A program made the position numbers and the translations under genes. 64,000 nt of DNA from Gemmatimonadota bacterium. GTDB taxonomy: Bacteria > Gemmatimonadota > Gemmatimonadetes > Gemmatimonadales > GWC2-71-9. Shown here one piece after another: positions 55,233 to 63,808 of this stretch. The stretch is from assembly GCA_039591615.1 (NCBI GenBank), contig JBDHDH010000003.1, positions 46,670 through 110,669 on the forward strand, written 5' to 3'. The notes below the pieces were generated by a model. It saw only the letters and a list, made by a program, of their open reading frames with translations. It was not told the DNA's origin and did not search any database. Numbering within the stretch: the first letter of the stretch is position 1; each line of letters begins with the position of its first letter.

Positions 55233-55682
55233 CTATGTCGCGGAAGCGGGATCCTCCACCGTCACCTCCACCGCGATATCGATCCCCTGCCGGAGACTCT
55301 GCGTGACCATGCAGAAGTCCTCGAAGACCTCGAGACATCGACCGATGCGTTGCTTAGCCTCCGGTACAACCTGGGGTACCAGCTCCACGCGAATGCCACC
55401 GATACGCAGGCGACCCTCCTCGTTTCGAACGATGGAGCCGGTCACCCTCGCTTCCATACCCGCGATATCCACCCGAGCTTTTTTCAGGCAGAACAGCAGA
55501 CTCGCGCTCAGGCAATGGGCGATGGCAGCCCCCAGCACTCTCGCGGCGTTCGGTCCACGACCCTCCCCCAACGGTGTCGGCTCATCCATCGTCAGCTGGG
55601 CCCCGCCGAGCCCGTCGAAGCTGACAGCAAACCGGTAGCGTTCTTGCTGCTTGAGAGTCAGCGCGAATTGTCGTTCGTCCAT
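55233..55682 (-). CDS. OsmC family protein
   Basis: 149 aa with the two conserved Cys contexts AHCLSASL and EDFCMVTQS. Confidence 0.85.
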   Translation of the reverse strand: MDERQFALTLKQQERYRFAVSFDGLGGAQLTMDEPTPLGEGRGPNAARVLGAAIAHCLSASLLFCLKKARVDIAGMEARVTGSIVRNEEGRLRIGGIRVELVPQVVPEAKQRIGRCLEVFEDFCMVTQSLRQGIDIAVEVTVEDPASAT

Positions 55683-55988
55683 CGCAATGACCCCTTTCTC
55701 ACTGCTCCAGCCGCGCGCTGGAACCTCACCATCGAGATATGAAGTTCCTTGGAGGTGGCGGTGATGATGTCTTCAGGTGAAGCATCGGCGAGTCGTGGAC
55801 TGGCGGGCCGGTGCGCTGGGTGGCAGCTTGGGGGCGACCAGCACCACGCCTGAACTGAGAACCTCGGACGGTGGCATTGGCATGCAGCGACTCGAAACCT
55901 GGGCTCTTCTCACCCTCGACACCGTCACCGTTGAGGTCTGCGGGTTGTTCCCTACTCAGCACCTCCCCACGTCTCCCAAATCCCCTCA

Positions 55989-56705
55989 GTGACGGCTGTC
56001 GAGGTGCTGGCGGCAAGCGCCATCGTCGCCATCGGCGCCGTCGTCCAGGGCTCCATCGGTTTTGGGCTCGGTCTGATTGGAGCACCGCTTCTCGCACTGA
56101 TCGACGCGCGACTCGTGCCCGGCCCGCTGCTTTCAGCGGCCGCGGTCCTCACCTTGCTGCTCACGCGCCGAGACTGGCACGGTATCTCGTTCCCGGATCT
56201 ACGATGGTCTCTCTCGGGCTACGTGGTGGGGATTCTCGTGGCAGCAGCGGTAGTCATCGCGCTCCCTCCGGATCGCTTGTCCCTCACCTTCGGGGCGGTG
56301 GTCATCCTGGCGGTGGTACTCACGGCGTCCGGCCTCCATCTCGCACCAGGTCCGAAGGTTCTCGTCGGCGCCGGAGTGCTCTCGGGATTCATGGGGACCA
56401 CCGCGTCTATCGGCGGACCCGCCATTGCCCTCGTGTATCAACGGGCTTCCGGTCCACGCATCCGAGGGACCCTGTCGGCATATTTCGTGATCGGGATACT
56501 GCTGTCCATCTCGGGGCTCACGTTGATTGGCCGGTTTGGCAGAATCGAGCTCGTTCTCGCCTTGTCGCTCATCCCAGGCGTGCTCGTCGGCTTCGCGCTT
56601 TCTCACCGCACCGCCCGATTACTCGATCGCGGGTACATGCGTGTGGGGGTGCTCGTGGTGTCCGCAGCTGCGGGCACCGTCGTGATCCTCAAACACCTCC
56701 TGTAA
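55989..56705 (+). CDS. TauE/SafE (DUF81) family anion exporter, paralog 1
   Basis: GTG start, 238 aa, polytopic. Contains GAVVQGSIGFGLGLIGAPLL and GFMGTTASIGGP. Confidence 0.8.
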   Translation: MTAVEVLAASAIVAIGAVVQGSIGFGLGLIGAPLLALIDARLVPGPLLSAAAVLTLLLTRRDWHGISFPDLRWSLSGYVVGILVAAAVVIALPPDRLSLTFGAVVILAVVLTASGLHLAPGPKVLVGAGVLSGFMGTTASIGGPAIALVYQRASGPRIRGTLSAYFVIGILLSISGLTLIGRFGRIELVLALSLIPGVLVGFALSHRTARLLDRGYMRVGVLVVSAAAGTVVILKHLL

Positions 56706-56724
56706 GACACCCGGTGGACCTACT

Positions 56725-57441
56725 GTGACGTCGCTCGAACTGGCTCTTGCGAGCGCCGCGGTGATGACCGGTGCGCTCGTTCAGGGATCCGTAGGATTTG
56801 GGCTCGGGCTCGTCGCGGCGCCCTTGCTTCTGCTCATCGACTCTCAATTCATTCCGGGACCATTGCTCACCGCCTCAGCGGTGTTGACGCTGTTTCTCAC
56901 CCACCGGGAATGGCGATCCGTCAGTTTCAGTGACCTCAAGTGGGCGCTTTCTGGTCGCGTCGTCGGCGTCATCGTAGCGGCGACGGTGCTGGTGGTGACC
57001 CCTGTCGAATACATCTCGATAGCCTTCGGTGCGCTGGTCCTGGCGGCCGTGGCATTGAGCGCGTCGGGGCTTCACCTCGCCCCGCGGCCCTCTTACCTCG
57101 TCGCGGCTGGCATGCTGTCCGGCTTCATGGGAACCACGGTCTCCGTCGGAGGGCCGCCCATCGCTCTGATCTATCAGCGGGAATCTGGACCGCGAATCCG
57201 GGGAACCTTGTCCGCGTATTTCACCGTCGGTGTCGCGCTCTCCCTCGTCGCCCTCCGAATCGTTGGTCGGTACGGAAGATCGGAACTCGTGATGGCTCTC
57301 GGTTTGCTTCCCGGGATCCTCCTAGGCTTTTGGCTTTCCCAACACACCGCCGGCGTCCTGGACAAGGGATACACACGGGTTGCCGTGCTGGTGGTCTCGG
57401 CGGCGGCTGCGGTGGTCGCGATTCTCAGGCAGTTGTTCTAG
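56725..57441 (+). CDS. TauE/SafE (DUF81) family anion exporter, paralog 2
   Basis: GTG start, also exactly 238 aa. It is collinear without gaps with paralog 1, at roughly 60% identity by eye. Confidence 0.8.
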   Translation: MTSLELALASAAVMTGALVQGSVGFGLGLVAAPLLLLIDSQFIPGPLLTASAVLTLFLTHREWRSVSFSDLKWALSGRVVGVIVAATVLVVTPVEYISIAFGALVLAAVALSASGLHLAPRPSYLVAAGMLSGFMGTTVSVGGPPIALIYQRESGPRIRGTLSAYFTVGVALSLVALRIVGRYGRSELVMALGLLPGILLGFWLSQHTAGVLDKGYTRVAVLVVSAAAAVVAILRQLF

Positions 57442-57749
57442 TTGTCCTGGGAAAACCCACAGGACAGTCGGTCGCCTGTGGCAATGCGCAATCGATGATG
57501 GAAGGGAACCGACCGATCGCCAATTCACCGAGTCCAGTCGGCTAGAACTCTTCCCGCTGGAACCGCCACAAGCGCGTGCTATCGGATGAGCCGGTCAAGG
57601 CATTGGTGATCCAGGCTCCGGCAGGAGAGGCCGACCCCATCGCTCGGTTTTTCAACCAGCGCCCAGTCGAGCCGGAATAGGCGTTCGCGCTTCGATCTCG
57701 CGGATTCCACCTCTCCCAACCCGCCTCCCACCGGAGTGAGAGGGTGAGG

Positions 57750-58145
57750 TCAATCCACGATCACCGCACTATTCTTGCAACCAGTGCAGTGAACTTCACG
57801 GGTCGTGACATGCTCATGCGACTCGTAGGGACCGAGCAGCAACATCCCACGGCAGCGAGGGCAGGCCGCGTCGGATTCTGGACGTGTCAGCATCTGTTGA
57901 ATCGTTCGCGTTTCTTCCCACGAGAACTGCGATGACGGTGGGAAGCGGCGCTCATTGCTGTCGCGGCGATCGGTGGGGGTCCTGCGGTCGCGACCGCTCC
58001 GTCGCTCGTTGGCGACCGGCAGGGCGAGGACGCGTCGTTCACCACGCCGCCGTTCTCTACCGCAGCGGCGCTCGCCGAAGCGGCGGTCGACGAGGAAGCG
58101 ACGCACACTCTCGTCGGGATCGGGACTGGCTCGGTTGACCATCAT
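57750..58145 (-). CDS. Arg-rich (D/E)RR-repeat protein with a C-terminal zinc ribbon
   Basis: 131 aa. Eight (D/E)RR units lie within about 50 residues (VDRR, GERR, RERRR, GERR, NERR, RDRR, TDRR, NERR). The C-terminal part reads CPRC-x22-CTGC. Confidence 0.6.
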   Translation of the reverse strand: MMVNRASPDPDESVRRFLVDRRFGERRCGRERRRGERRVLALPVANERRSGRDRRTPTDRRDSNERRFPPSSQFSWEETRTIQQMLTRPESDAACPRCRGMLLLGPYESHEHVTTREVHCTGCKNSAVIVD

Positions 58146-58230
58146 AATCGTACCTGCATTGGTTTTACCGCTCGGAACCCAATCCCGCTAGACGTGGGAT
58201 TTCTGCTCTGCCCTTGACAATCCCCGGAAC

Positions 58231-59508
58231 TCAGGGCTCGCGGACGACGGCTCCTCCTTTCATGACGAACTGCACCCTCCTCAGTGCCGAAATGTCCTTT
58301 ATCGGATCGCCCGCCACAGCGATGAGGTCCGCCAGCAATCCCTCCCGCACAGCACCCCTATCCGCGAGCCGCAGCAGCCTCGCATTTCCGGAAGTAGCCG
58401 CCGTCACTGCCTGCAGTGCATCCACGCCGAATTCCACCATCAGTTGCAGCTCGCGGACATTGTCGCCGTGAGGGAAGACGCCGACATCACCCCCGAAGCA
58501 GATGGAAACGCCCGCAGCAAGCGCCGCTTGCAAGCTCTCACGCTTCGCACGGACGCGCTCCGGTTCCGGGTCCACTCCCTTCCGCCAACCCCGGTACTGC
58601 TCGATTGCCTCGCCCGCCGCGATGGTGGGACACAGCGCAACGCCCCGCTCAGCCATGAGCGTGAAAACCTCAGGTGTCCCTCCGTCTCCGTGTTCGATCG
58701 TCACAACGCCCGCGAGTGTGGCCCGTCGCATGCCCTCCGGCGAGCTCGCATGGGCCACCACGTTGCGACCGCTACTGACCGCCACACGGACGATCAAGTT
58801 CAGCTCATCTTGTGTGAACGTCGGCCTGGCGGTTCCGTCCGGCCCCCAGCGATAGTCGGCGTAGACCTTGATCCAGTCCGCCCCGCGTCCGATCTGGTCC
58901 CGAACGACGCGTATGAGCTCGTCGTGGCCGTCCGCGATCTCGGCCCCTTTGGGCAGATCCCACTCTGGTGCCCCCCAAGGACCATAGCTACCGGTGGCCA
59001 CAATCGCTTTGGTGGTGATCAACAGTCGTGGCCCAAGAATCACGTTCTCATCAATGGCTCGCTTGAGCCCAACGTCGGCGTAGCCCGCCCCCTCCGTTCC
59101 GAGATCGCGAACCGTCGTGATGCCGCTCAGGAGCGTTGCGCGAGCAGCAACGGTCGCGCGGGCTACTCTGAGCGCCAACGGCTCGTTCAACACCTGGTCG
59201 CTCCACGCCTTCTCACTGTAGGGGTGAAGGAGGAGATGCGAGTGCCCCTCGATGAGGCCTGGTAGGAGCGTCACATTGCCGAGATCGATCACGCGGTCAC
59301 CCGCCCGTGGGGGAATGCTATCAGCCGGTCCCGCTGCAGCAATCCGATCTCCCACGACGACGACCTCCCACCCCGTGTGCAGCCGGGGTGACACGCCGTC
59401 GAAGACGCGGTCGGCTCGGAGCACCACCGTTCGTGATTGCGCAGACACCATCGACGGAACCACAACTCCCGCCACCGCGAGCGCAGGCAAGCACCTCAGC
59501 ATTCTCAT
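58231..59508 (-). CDS. Secreted amidohydrolase family protein (metal-dependent, Xaa-Pro dipeptidase / imidazolonepropionase-like)
   Basis: Signal peptide followed by LLPGLIEGHSHL (HxH metal site). Later His/Asp ligands include VAHA and FGGD. Confidence 0.85.
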   Translation of the reverse strand: MRMLRCLPALAVAGVVVPSMVSAQSRTVVLRADRVFDGVSPRLHTGWEVVVVGDRIAAAGPADSIPPRAGDRVIDLGNVTLLPGLIEGHSHLLLHPYSEKAWSDQVLNEPLALRVARATVAARATLLSGITTVRDLGTEGAGYADVGLKRAIDENVILGPRLLITTKAIVATGSYGPWGAPEWDLPKGAEIADGHDELIRVVRDQIGRGADWIKVYADYRWGPDGTARPTFTQDELNLIVRVAVSSGRNVVAHASSPEGMRRATLAGVVTIEHGDGGTPEVFTLMAERGVALCPTIAAGEAIEQYRGWRKGVDPEPERVRAKRESLQAALAAGVSICFGGDVGVFPHGDNVRELQLMVEFGVDALQAVTAATSGNARLLRLADRGAVREGLLADLIAVAGDPIKDISALRRVQFVMKGGAVVREP

Positions 59509-59931
59509 ATCATCTTCTCCGACGAATGCGTCGCCTCAACGAAGATCGGTCACCGGACCGGGATCGATAACCGGTGAACCCGCGGCTCCGTCGAGCCGGA
59601 GCAGCGTGAAGACAAACGGCGACTCGTACGCGGCGTCCGGCATGCGGTCCTCGAGATCCAGATTCTCAATGTCCCAGATCCCGTTACCGTTCAAGGGCCA
59701 CTAGTGACCCTCGTACCGTCGATCTGGATCCTCGCCGGGCACGTTCCGCAAATGACGAGTCGGCACCCTTCCATTCAGAAGTCGCCATACGATATGATCA
59801 GGCTGGCGATGTCCGAACGCAACTGACGAGCGGGTCTCGCGCTTCCCGCCGCCGAGTGACATTTTTCCCCGTGGGATTGTTGCGCCAATGAGAATCTCAA
59901 CGCCGTCACCTTCCTCGCAGGAGAGTTCACC

Positions 59932-60405
59932 ATGACACGCCGTTTGCCAACAGTGCTTGCCGTGGGGGTGATATTCGCAAGTTCTGCCTGCCAACCTCCG
60001 CAACCTGAAGTGCTCTCCGAAGCCGACAGGGAAGCAATTCGAGCCGTCTCCCAACAATGGACGGAGCGCATACTGGCCAGGGACTTTGCGGGACTGGCAG
60101 CGCTCTACAGTGAAGATGCCGTGTTCATGCCCCCCAACGAGCCGGCGGTGGACGGGCGGGCCAACATCCAGGCTTGGATGGAATCGTTTCCCCCCGTTAC
60201 CGCCATGGACCTGCAAATCGTTGAAATCGAGGGACGTGGTGATCTCGCTTATGTGTGGGGAAGCTACACCCTGACCGTCGCCATGCCGGGTGCAGAGCCG
60301 GTAGAGGACACGGGAAAGTTCATCGAGATCCGTCGCAGAGCACCGGACGGCACGTGGCCCTTGGCGCGGGACATCTTCAACTCCGACATTCCCGTACCCG
60401 AGTGA
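59932..60405 (+). CDS. NTF2-like (DUF4440/SnoaL-type) lipoprotein, second copy
   Basis: Lipobox ASSAC. The body pattern EAIRAVSQQWTERILARDFAGLAALYSEDAVFMPPN...W...ARDIFNSD is typical of DUF4440. Confidence 0.7.
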   Translation: MTRRLPTVLAVGVIFASSACQPPQPEVLSEADREAIRAVSQQWTERILARDFAGLAALYSEDAVFMPPNEPAVDGRANIQAWMESFPPVTAMDLQIVEIEGRGDLAYVWGSYTLTVAMPGAEPVEDTGKFIEIRRRAPDGTWPLARDIFNSDIPVPE

Positions 60406-60710
60406 AGCCCACGCTCGGTCCCCTTATGGGCGCTGGATGATTCGCGAGTCGGTTCACAGGAAAAAGGAAGGGGCACGGCTCCGAATTCCTAGGTGTGACG
60501 GGGCGACGTGCGAGGCGTTGGACGGAGCCGGGGACACCGCGGCTTACCGGCGCGACTGCTGCACGAGTGGCCGCGATTGACACGATGGGAGTGGCCCGCT
60601 ACGCTTCGCCAGCGCAGGGGCGCGTCGGTGCGCCAAGCCAGTGAACGCGGACACGAGGGGACCGGGGAACGTCTCGGTCTCCTCGTCGACTTCACGGAAA
60701 CTCTGAGGAT

Positions 60711-61412
60711 GTGCAAATGAAATCTCTCGCCACGCCAATCCTCGCTTCAGCTTGCACGCTGCTGGCAGCTTGCAACGCTGGCGGCGGCACCAGTCTCAGT
60801 GACGTCAAGGATAGCACGAGCTACGCCATCGGCATGAATATGGGGACCGGCTTGAAGCGATCGCAGGCCGAAGTCGACTTGGCCACCCTCATCCAGGGGC
60901 TCACGGACATCGTAGAAGAAAGGGAGCCGCGACTCTCACCCCAGGATGCTGACGTCCTGCTGCGGGAACTGACCGCGAAGTTGGAGACTGACGCGGCGGA
61001 GAGGCGCGTGGCCGAGGGCGGCAAGAACAAAGAGGAAGGCGACACCTATCGCGCGGAGAACGCGGCTCGCAAAAATGTCGAGACGACGGCGAGCGGCTTG
61101 CAGTACGAAGTGTTGACGCAAGGGGACGGCGTCACGCCCAAGGCCGCGGATCGCGTACGCGTCCACTACCGCGGAACGCTGATCGACGGCTCGGAGTTCG
61201 ACAGTTCATACAAGTCGGGTCAGCCCGTGACCTTCACCCTGAACCGCGTGATCCCCGGCTGGACAGAGGCGCTCCAGCTGATGCCGGTGGGAAGCAAATA
61301 CCGTCTCGTTATACCTCCGGAGCTCGGGTATGGCGAACGCGGATCGCCGCCGGCGATCCCGTCCAATGCCACCCTGATCTTCGAAGTGGAGCTACTGGGG
61401 ATAGAGCAGTAA
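60711..61412 (+). CDS. FKBP-type peptidyl-prolyl isomerase (FkpA/Mip-like) lipoprotein
   Basis: Lipobox LLAAC, an N-terminal dimerisation helix region, and the FKBP core VHYRGTLIDGSEFDSSY...VIPGWTEAL..MPVGSKYRLVIPPELGYG. The start is GTG 60711 or ATG 60717. Confidence 0.9.
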   Translation: MQMKSLATPILASACTLLAACNAGGGTSLSDVKDSTSYAIGMNMGTGLKRSQAEVDLATLIQGLTDIVEEREPRLSPQDADVLLRELTAKLETDAAERRVAEGGKNKEEGDTYRAENAARKNVETTASGLQYEVLTQGDGVTPKAADRVRVHYRGTLIDGSEFDSSYKSGQPVTFTLNRVIPGWTEALQLMPVGSKYRLVIPPELGYGERGSPPAIPSNATLIFEVELLGIEQ

Positions 61413-61524
61413 CGCCTTTGCCAAATCCTTACGATTGAGTGGGCGGCTCAGGGAAACTCTGGGCCGCTCTGCTTTGTATCCTACGACGTTCACCCTGTCA
61501 GTCTCTTGCCATGAGTTCCGGATC

Positions 61525-62586
61525 ATGAAACCAGTAGCTCGGGCGACGGCCGTTTTGCTACTCGGCATCCTTGGCGTGGTAAGCCCGGCCGTCGCACAGG
61601 AGAGCCCATCGCTCCGGTTGCAGCGGGAGGCTCAAGAGGCTCTCGCCCATGCGATCGACGCCATGGGTGGTCAGGATGCCCTCGGCCTCCTCCGACACGC
61701 TCGCATCGAACTGTCCAGTCGGTTGCTGACCGAAGGCCAAGGGCTCAGACCCGACACACCGCGTAGCGAACAACCAGCCGGCCGTGTGCTGATTCAGCTA
61801 GCTGGTTCACAGGCTTCGTACCAAACGTTCAACGGGGAGGATCCAAACTTCCGCGTGGTTACGGGCGACGCTGAAGGTATATGGGTCCACTTCGCCGCGG
61901 GCAACACCGTGGCGTCGGTGGAGCCAGCAGCGGCCACGCTGGCGGAGTCGCCTTCATCCCGAATGCTGGCCCCGGGTATAACGTCTACGTGACGTACGAC
62001 GACGGTATTCTCGTACTGGAGACGCCGCAGTCGCCTCAGGTAAGCCGAGATGTGATCCGCACGATTCACGAGCGTCACCCAAATCAGCGGATTCGCTGGG
62101 CCGTGCCGACACATCATCACTTCGACCACTCGGGCGGGCTTTTCCGGTACATAGAGGATGGTGCAACCGTCGTGACCACGGAAGGCAATGCCGACTTCGT
62201 GCGACGAGTGGCGCAAGCGCCCAGAACGATCGGTCGTCTGGACCGCCGAGCTGCGCCGGCGCCTCGCATCGAAGTATTTGCCGAGCGACGAGCGTTCGGT
62301 GAAGGGACACGTAGGGTCGAATTGATCGACGTTGGGCCCAACCCTCACGCGGACGAGATCTTGATAGCTTTCCCAGAACTCAAGACCCTGTTCGTGGCAG
62401 ACCTCTACGGCTTTCAAGGTACCGTGGTGCCGGCCAACCAGAATGCACTAGCGTTTGCCGAACGACTGGACGAACTCAACCTGGAATTCGACACCGTTAT
62501 TTCGGTTCACGGCCAGCGCGACTGCGGAACAGTTCTGGGAATCGATTCGTCTGGGTCGGGACCAGAACCAAGCGAGCGAAGAGTAG
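61525..62586 (+). pseudogene. MBL-fold metallo-hydrolase disrupted by two frameshifts
   Basis: The signal peptide and N-terminal part (MKPVARATAVLLLGILGVVSPAVAQ...) are in the frame of ORF 61435-1992. The catalytic core (VLETP...VPTHHHFDHSGG...VISVHGQ) is in the frame of ORF 61881-62765. A plausible C-terminus (ATAEQFWESIRLGRDQNQASEE*, TAG 62584-62586) is back in the first frame. Confidence 0.55.
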
Positions 62587-62661
62587 CTATCGCCAGCGAG
62601 ACGAAAGCGCCCGGCGTCTTGGCCGGGCGCCGCTCGGTTCACCCTCACTGCGTATTGGCAA

Positions 62662-63297
62662 CTAGCCACTGGCACCGGCTCCGGCAGGCGCACCTTGCCA
62701 TTCCGCGACGACCTCCTCTGTCGTGCGGAGCTGCCGGTTGGGATCCGTCGCGTACCAGGCCTTGAAGTACTCGATCCCCGCCCGGTGCGCCTCTTCGGTG
62801 AACGCCTCGAGCGCGTCGATCACCCACACGAGCTCATACCCGCGCTGAAAGGCGTCGCCCGACGTATGTCGGGCACAGCAGTCAGTGTGCAGCCCGGTGA
62901 CGTACAACCGCTCGATACCCCGCTTCCGGAGCTCGGTGTCAATGTCGCTACTGACGAAGGGGCTGTAGGTTCGCTTCTCGATCACCAAGTCGCCCGGGTG
63001 CGGCGCGAGCTCCGGCACGATGTCCGCCCACTTTGTCCCCTTCATCGCGTGAGGCGGCCATTTGCGCAGCTCGCTGTCATCCTTTGTGTGCGCATCGGTT
63101 GCGTATACCACCGTGACGCCAGCCCGTCGGGCAGTAACGATCAACTTCTTCAGCCGCGGAATGATGCGCTGCGCCCGCTCCTGATACTCCGCACCGCCCG
63201 CATCGGCGATGACGCCCCCTGGATGTACGAAGTCACTGGCGAGGTCGATGACGACCAAGGCGCTGGTCGCCGGTCGAAAGGTCCGTTTGTCCGACAT
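62662..63297 (-). CDS. Isochorismatase family cysteine hydrolase
   Basis: ORF 62662-63402 trimmed to ATG 63297, preceded by gggagcggaag. Catalytic contexts are ALVVIDLASDF, a conserved Lys region, and YVTGLHTDCCARHT. Confidence 0.85.
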   Translation of the reverse strand: MSDKRTFRPATSALVVIDLASDFVHPGGVIADAGGAEYQERAQRIIPRLKKLIVTARRAGVTVVYATDAHTKDDSELRKWPPHAMKGTKWADIVPELAPHPGDLVIEKRTYSPFVSSDIDTELRKRGIERLYVTGLHTDCCARHTSGDAFQRGYELVWVIDALEAFTEEAHRAGIEYFKAWYATDPNRQLRTTEEVVAEWQGAPAGAGASG

Positions 63298-63808
63298 CTT
63301 CCGCTCCCTTCGTGAAGGGTGTCGCTGGGGGGAGGCCGAAGGCAACCCCTTGGCCTGCCGGGGTTCGCAAACCGCTCCGCCAGGTATGCCACCGGATACC
63401 ACTTCAAAGATACCGCAGCCGTGGCCGGCAAGGTCCGACAGATCTTCATCTCAACGCCTCCCAGAAAACCCAACCCCTGTACGGTTTCCTCAATGCGGAA
63501 CCTGTGGCCGAAAGGCGGAATGCCCGTATCCGGTGCACCGATCCCAAGGAGGTGTAGACTGACACGGCGTTATTATAGTCTCAAACGCAGGCCGCGCCGA
63601 GGCAACCATGGGTCCCGCAACCCAACTCGCGCAATGGAGTGGCGAAATACATCTTTGCTAGCAGCAGGTGCACAAGAGAGCCGCGTTATGACGTCCTCCA
63701 ATCCGGCGGCGGGTGCTGTCAGTCTTACCCGACGATGCAAAACAAGATCGAGACTACTGCTCAGCCCAAACCCTATTCCTCACCCAGCTCGAATTCGGAG
63801 ATCCACGA

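Noticed and set aside
57442-57749. A 308-nt gap after the second TauE gene, examined on both strands for a missed gene or an OMP-like C-terminus (...STRLWRFQREEF*).
   Set aside because: The ORFs are short and lack starts. The terminal-Phe pattern does not fit the alternating beta-barrel signature. No RNA motif was recognised.
26116-59706. Recurring ACTAGT (SpeI) sites at about 26118, 29727, 45685, 50306, 53151 and 59702, considered as a possible repeat or insertion signature.
   Set aside because: For about 65% GC the expected count in 64 kb is about 6. The flanks share no further similarity. This is consistent with chance.
63544-63552. AAGGAGGTG Shine-Dalgarno-like 9-mer without an ORF.
   Set aside because: A 9-mer match is expected about 0.5 times by chance in this window, unlike the 13-mer at 51459-51471. 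It is kept only as a note within the intergenic finding.
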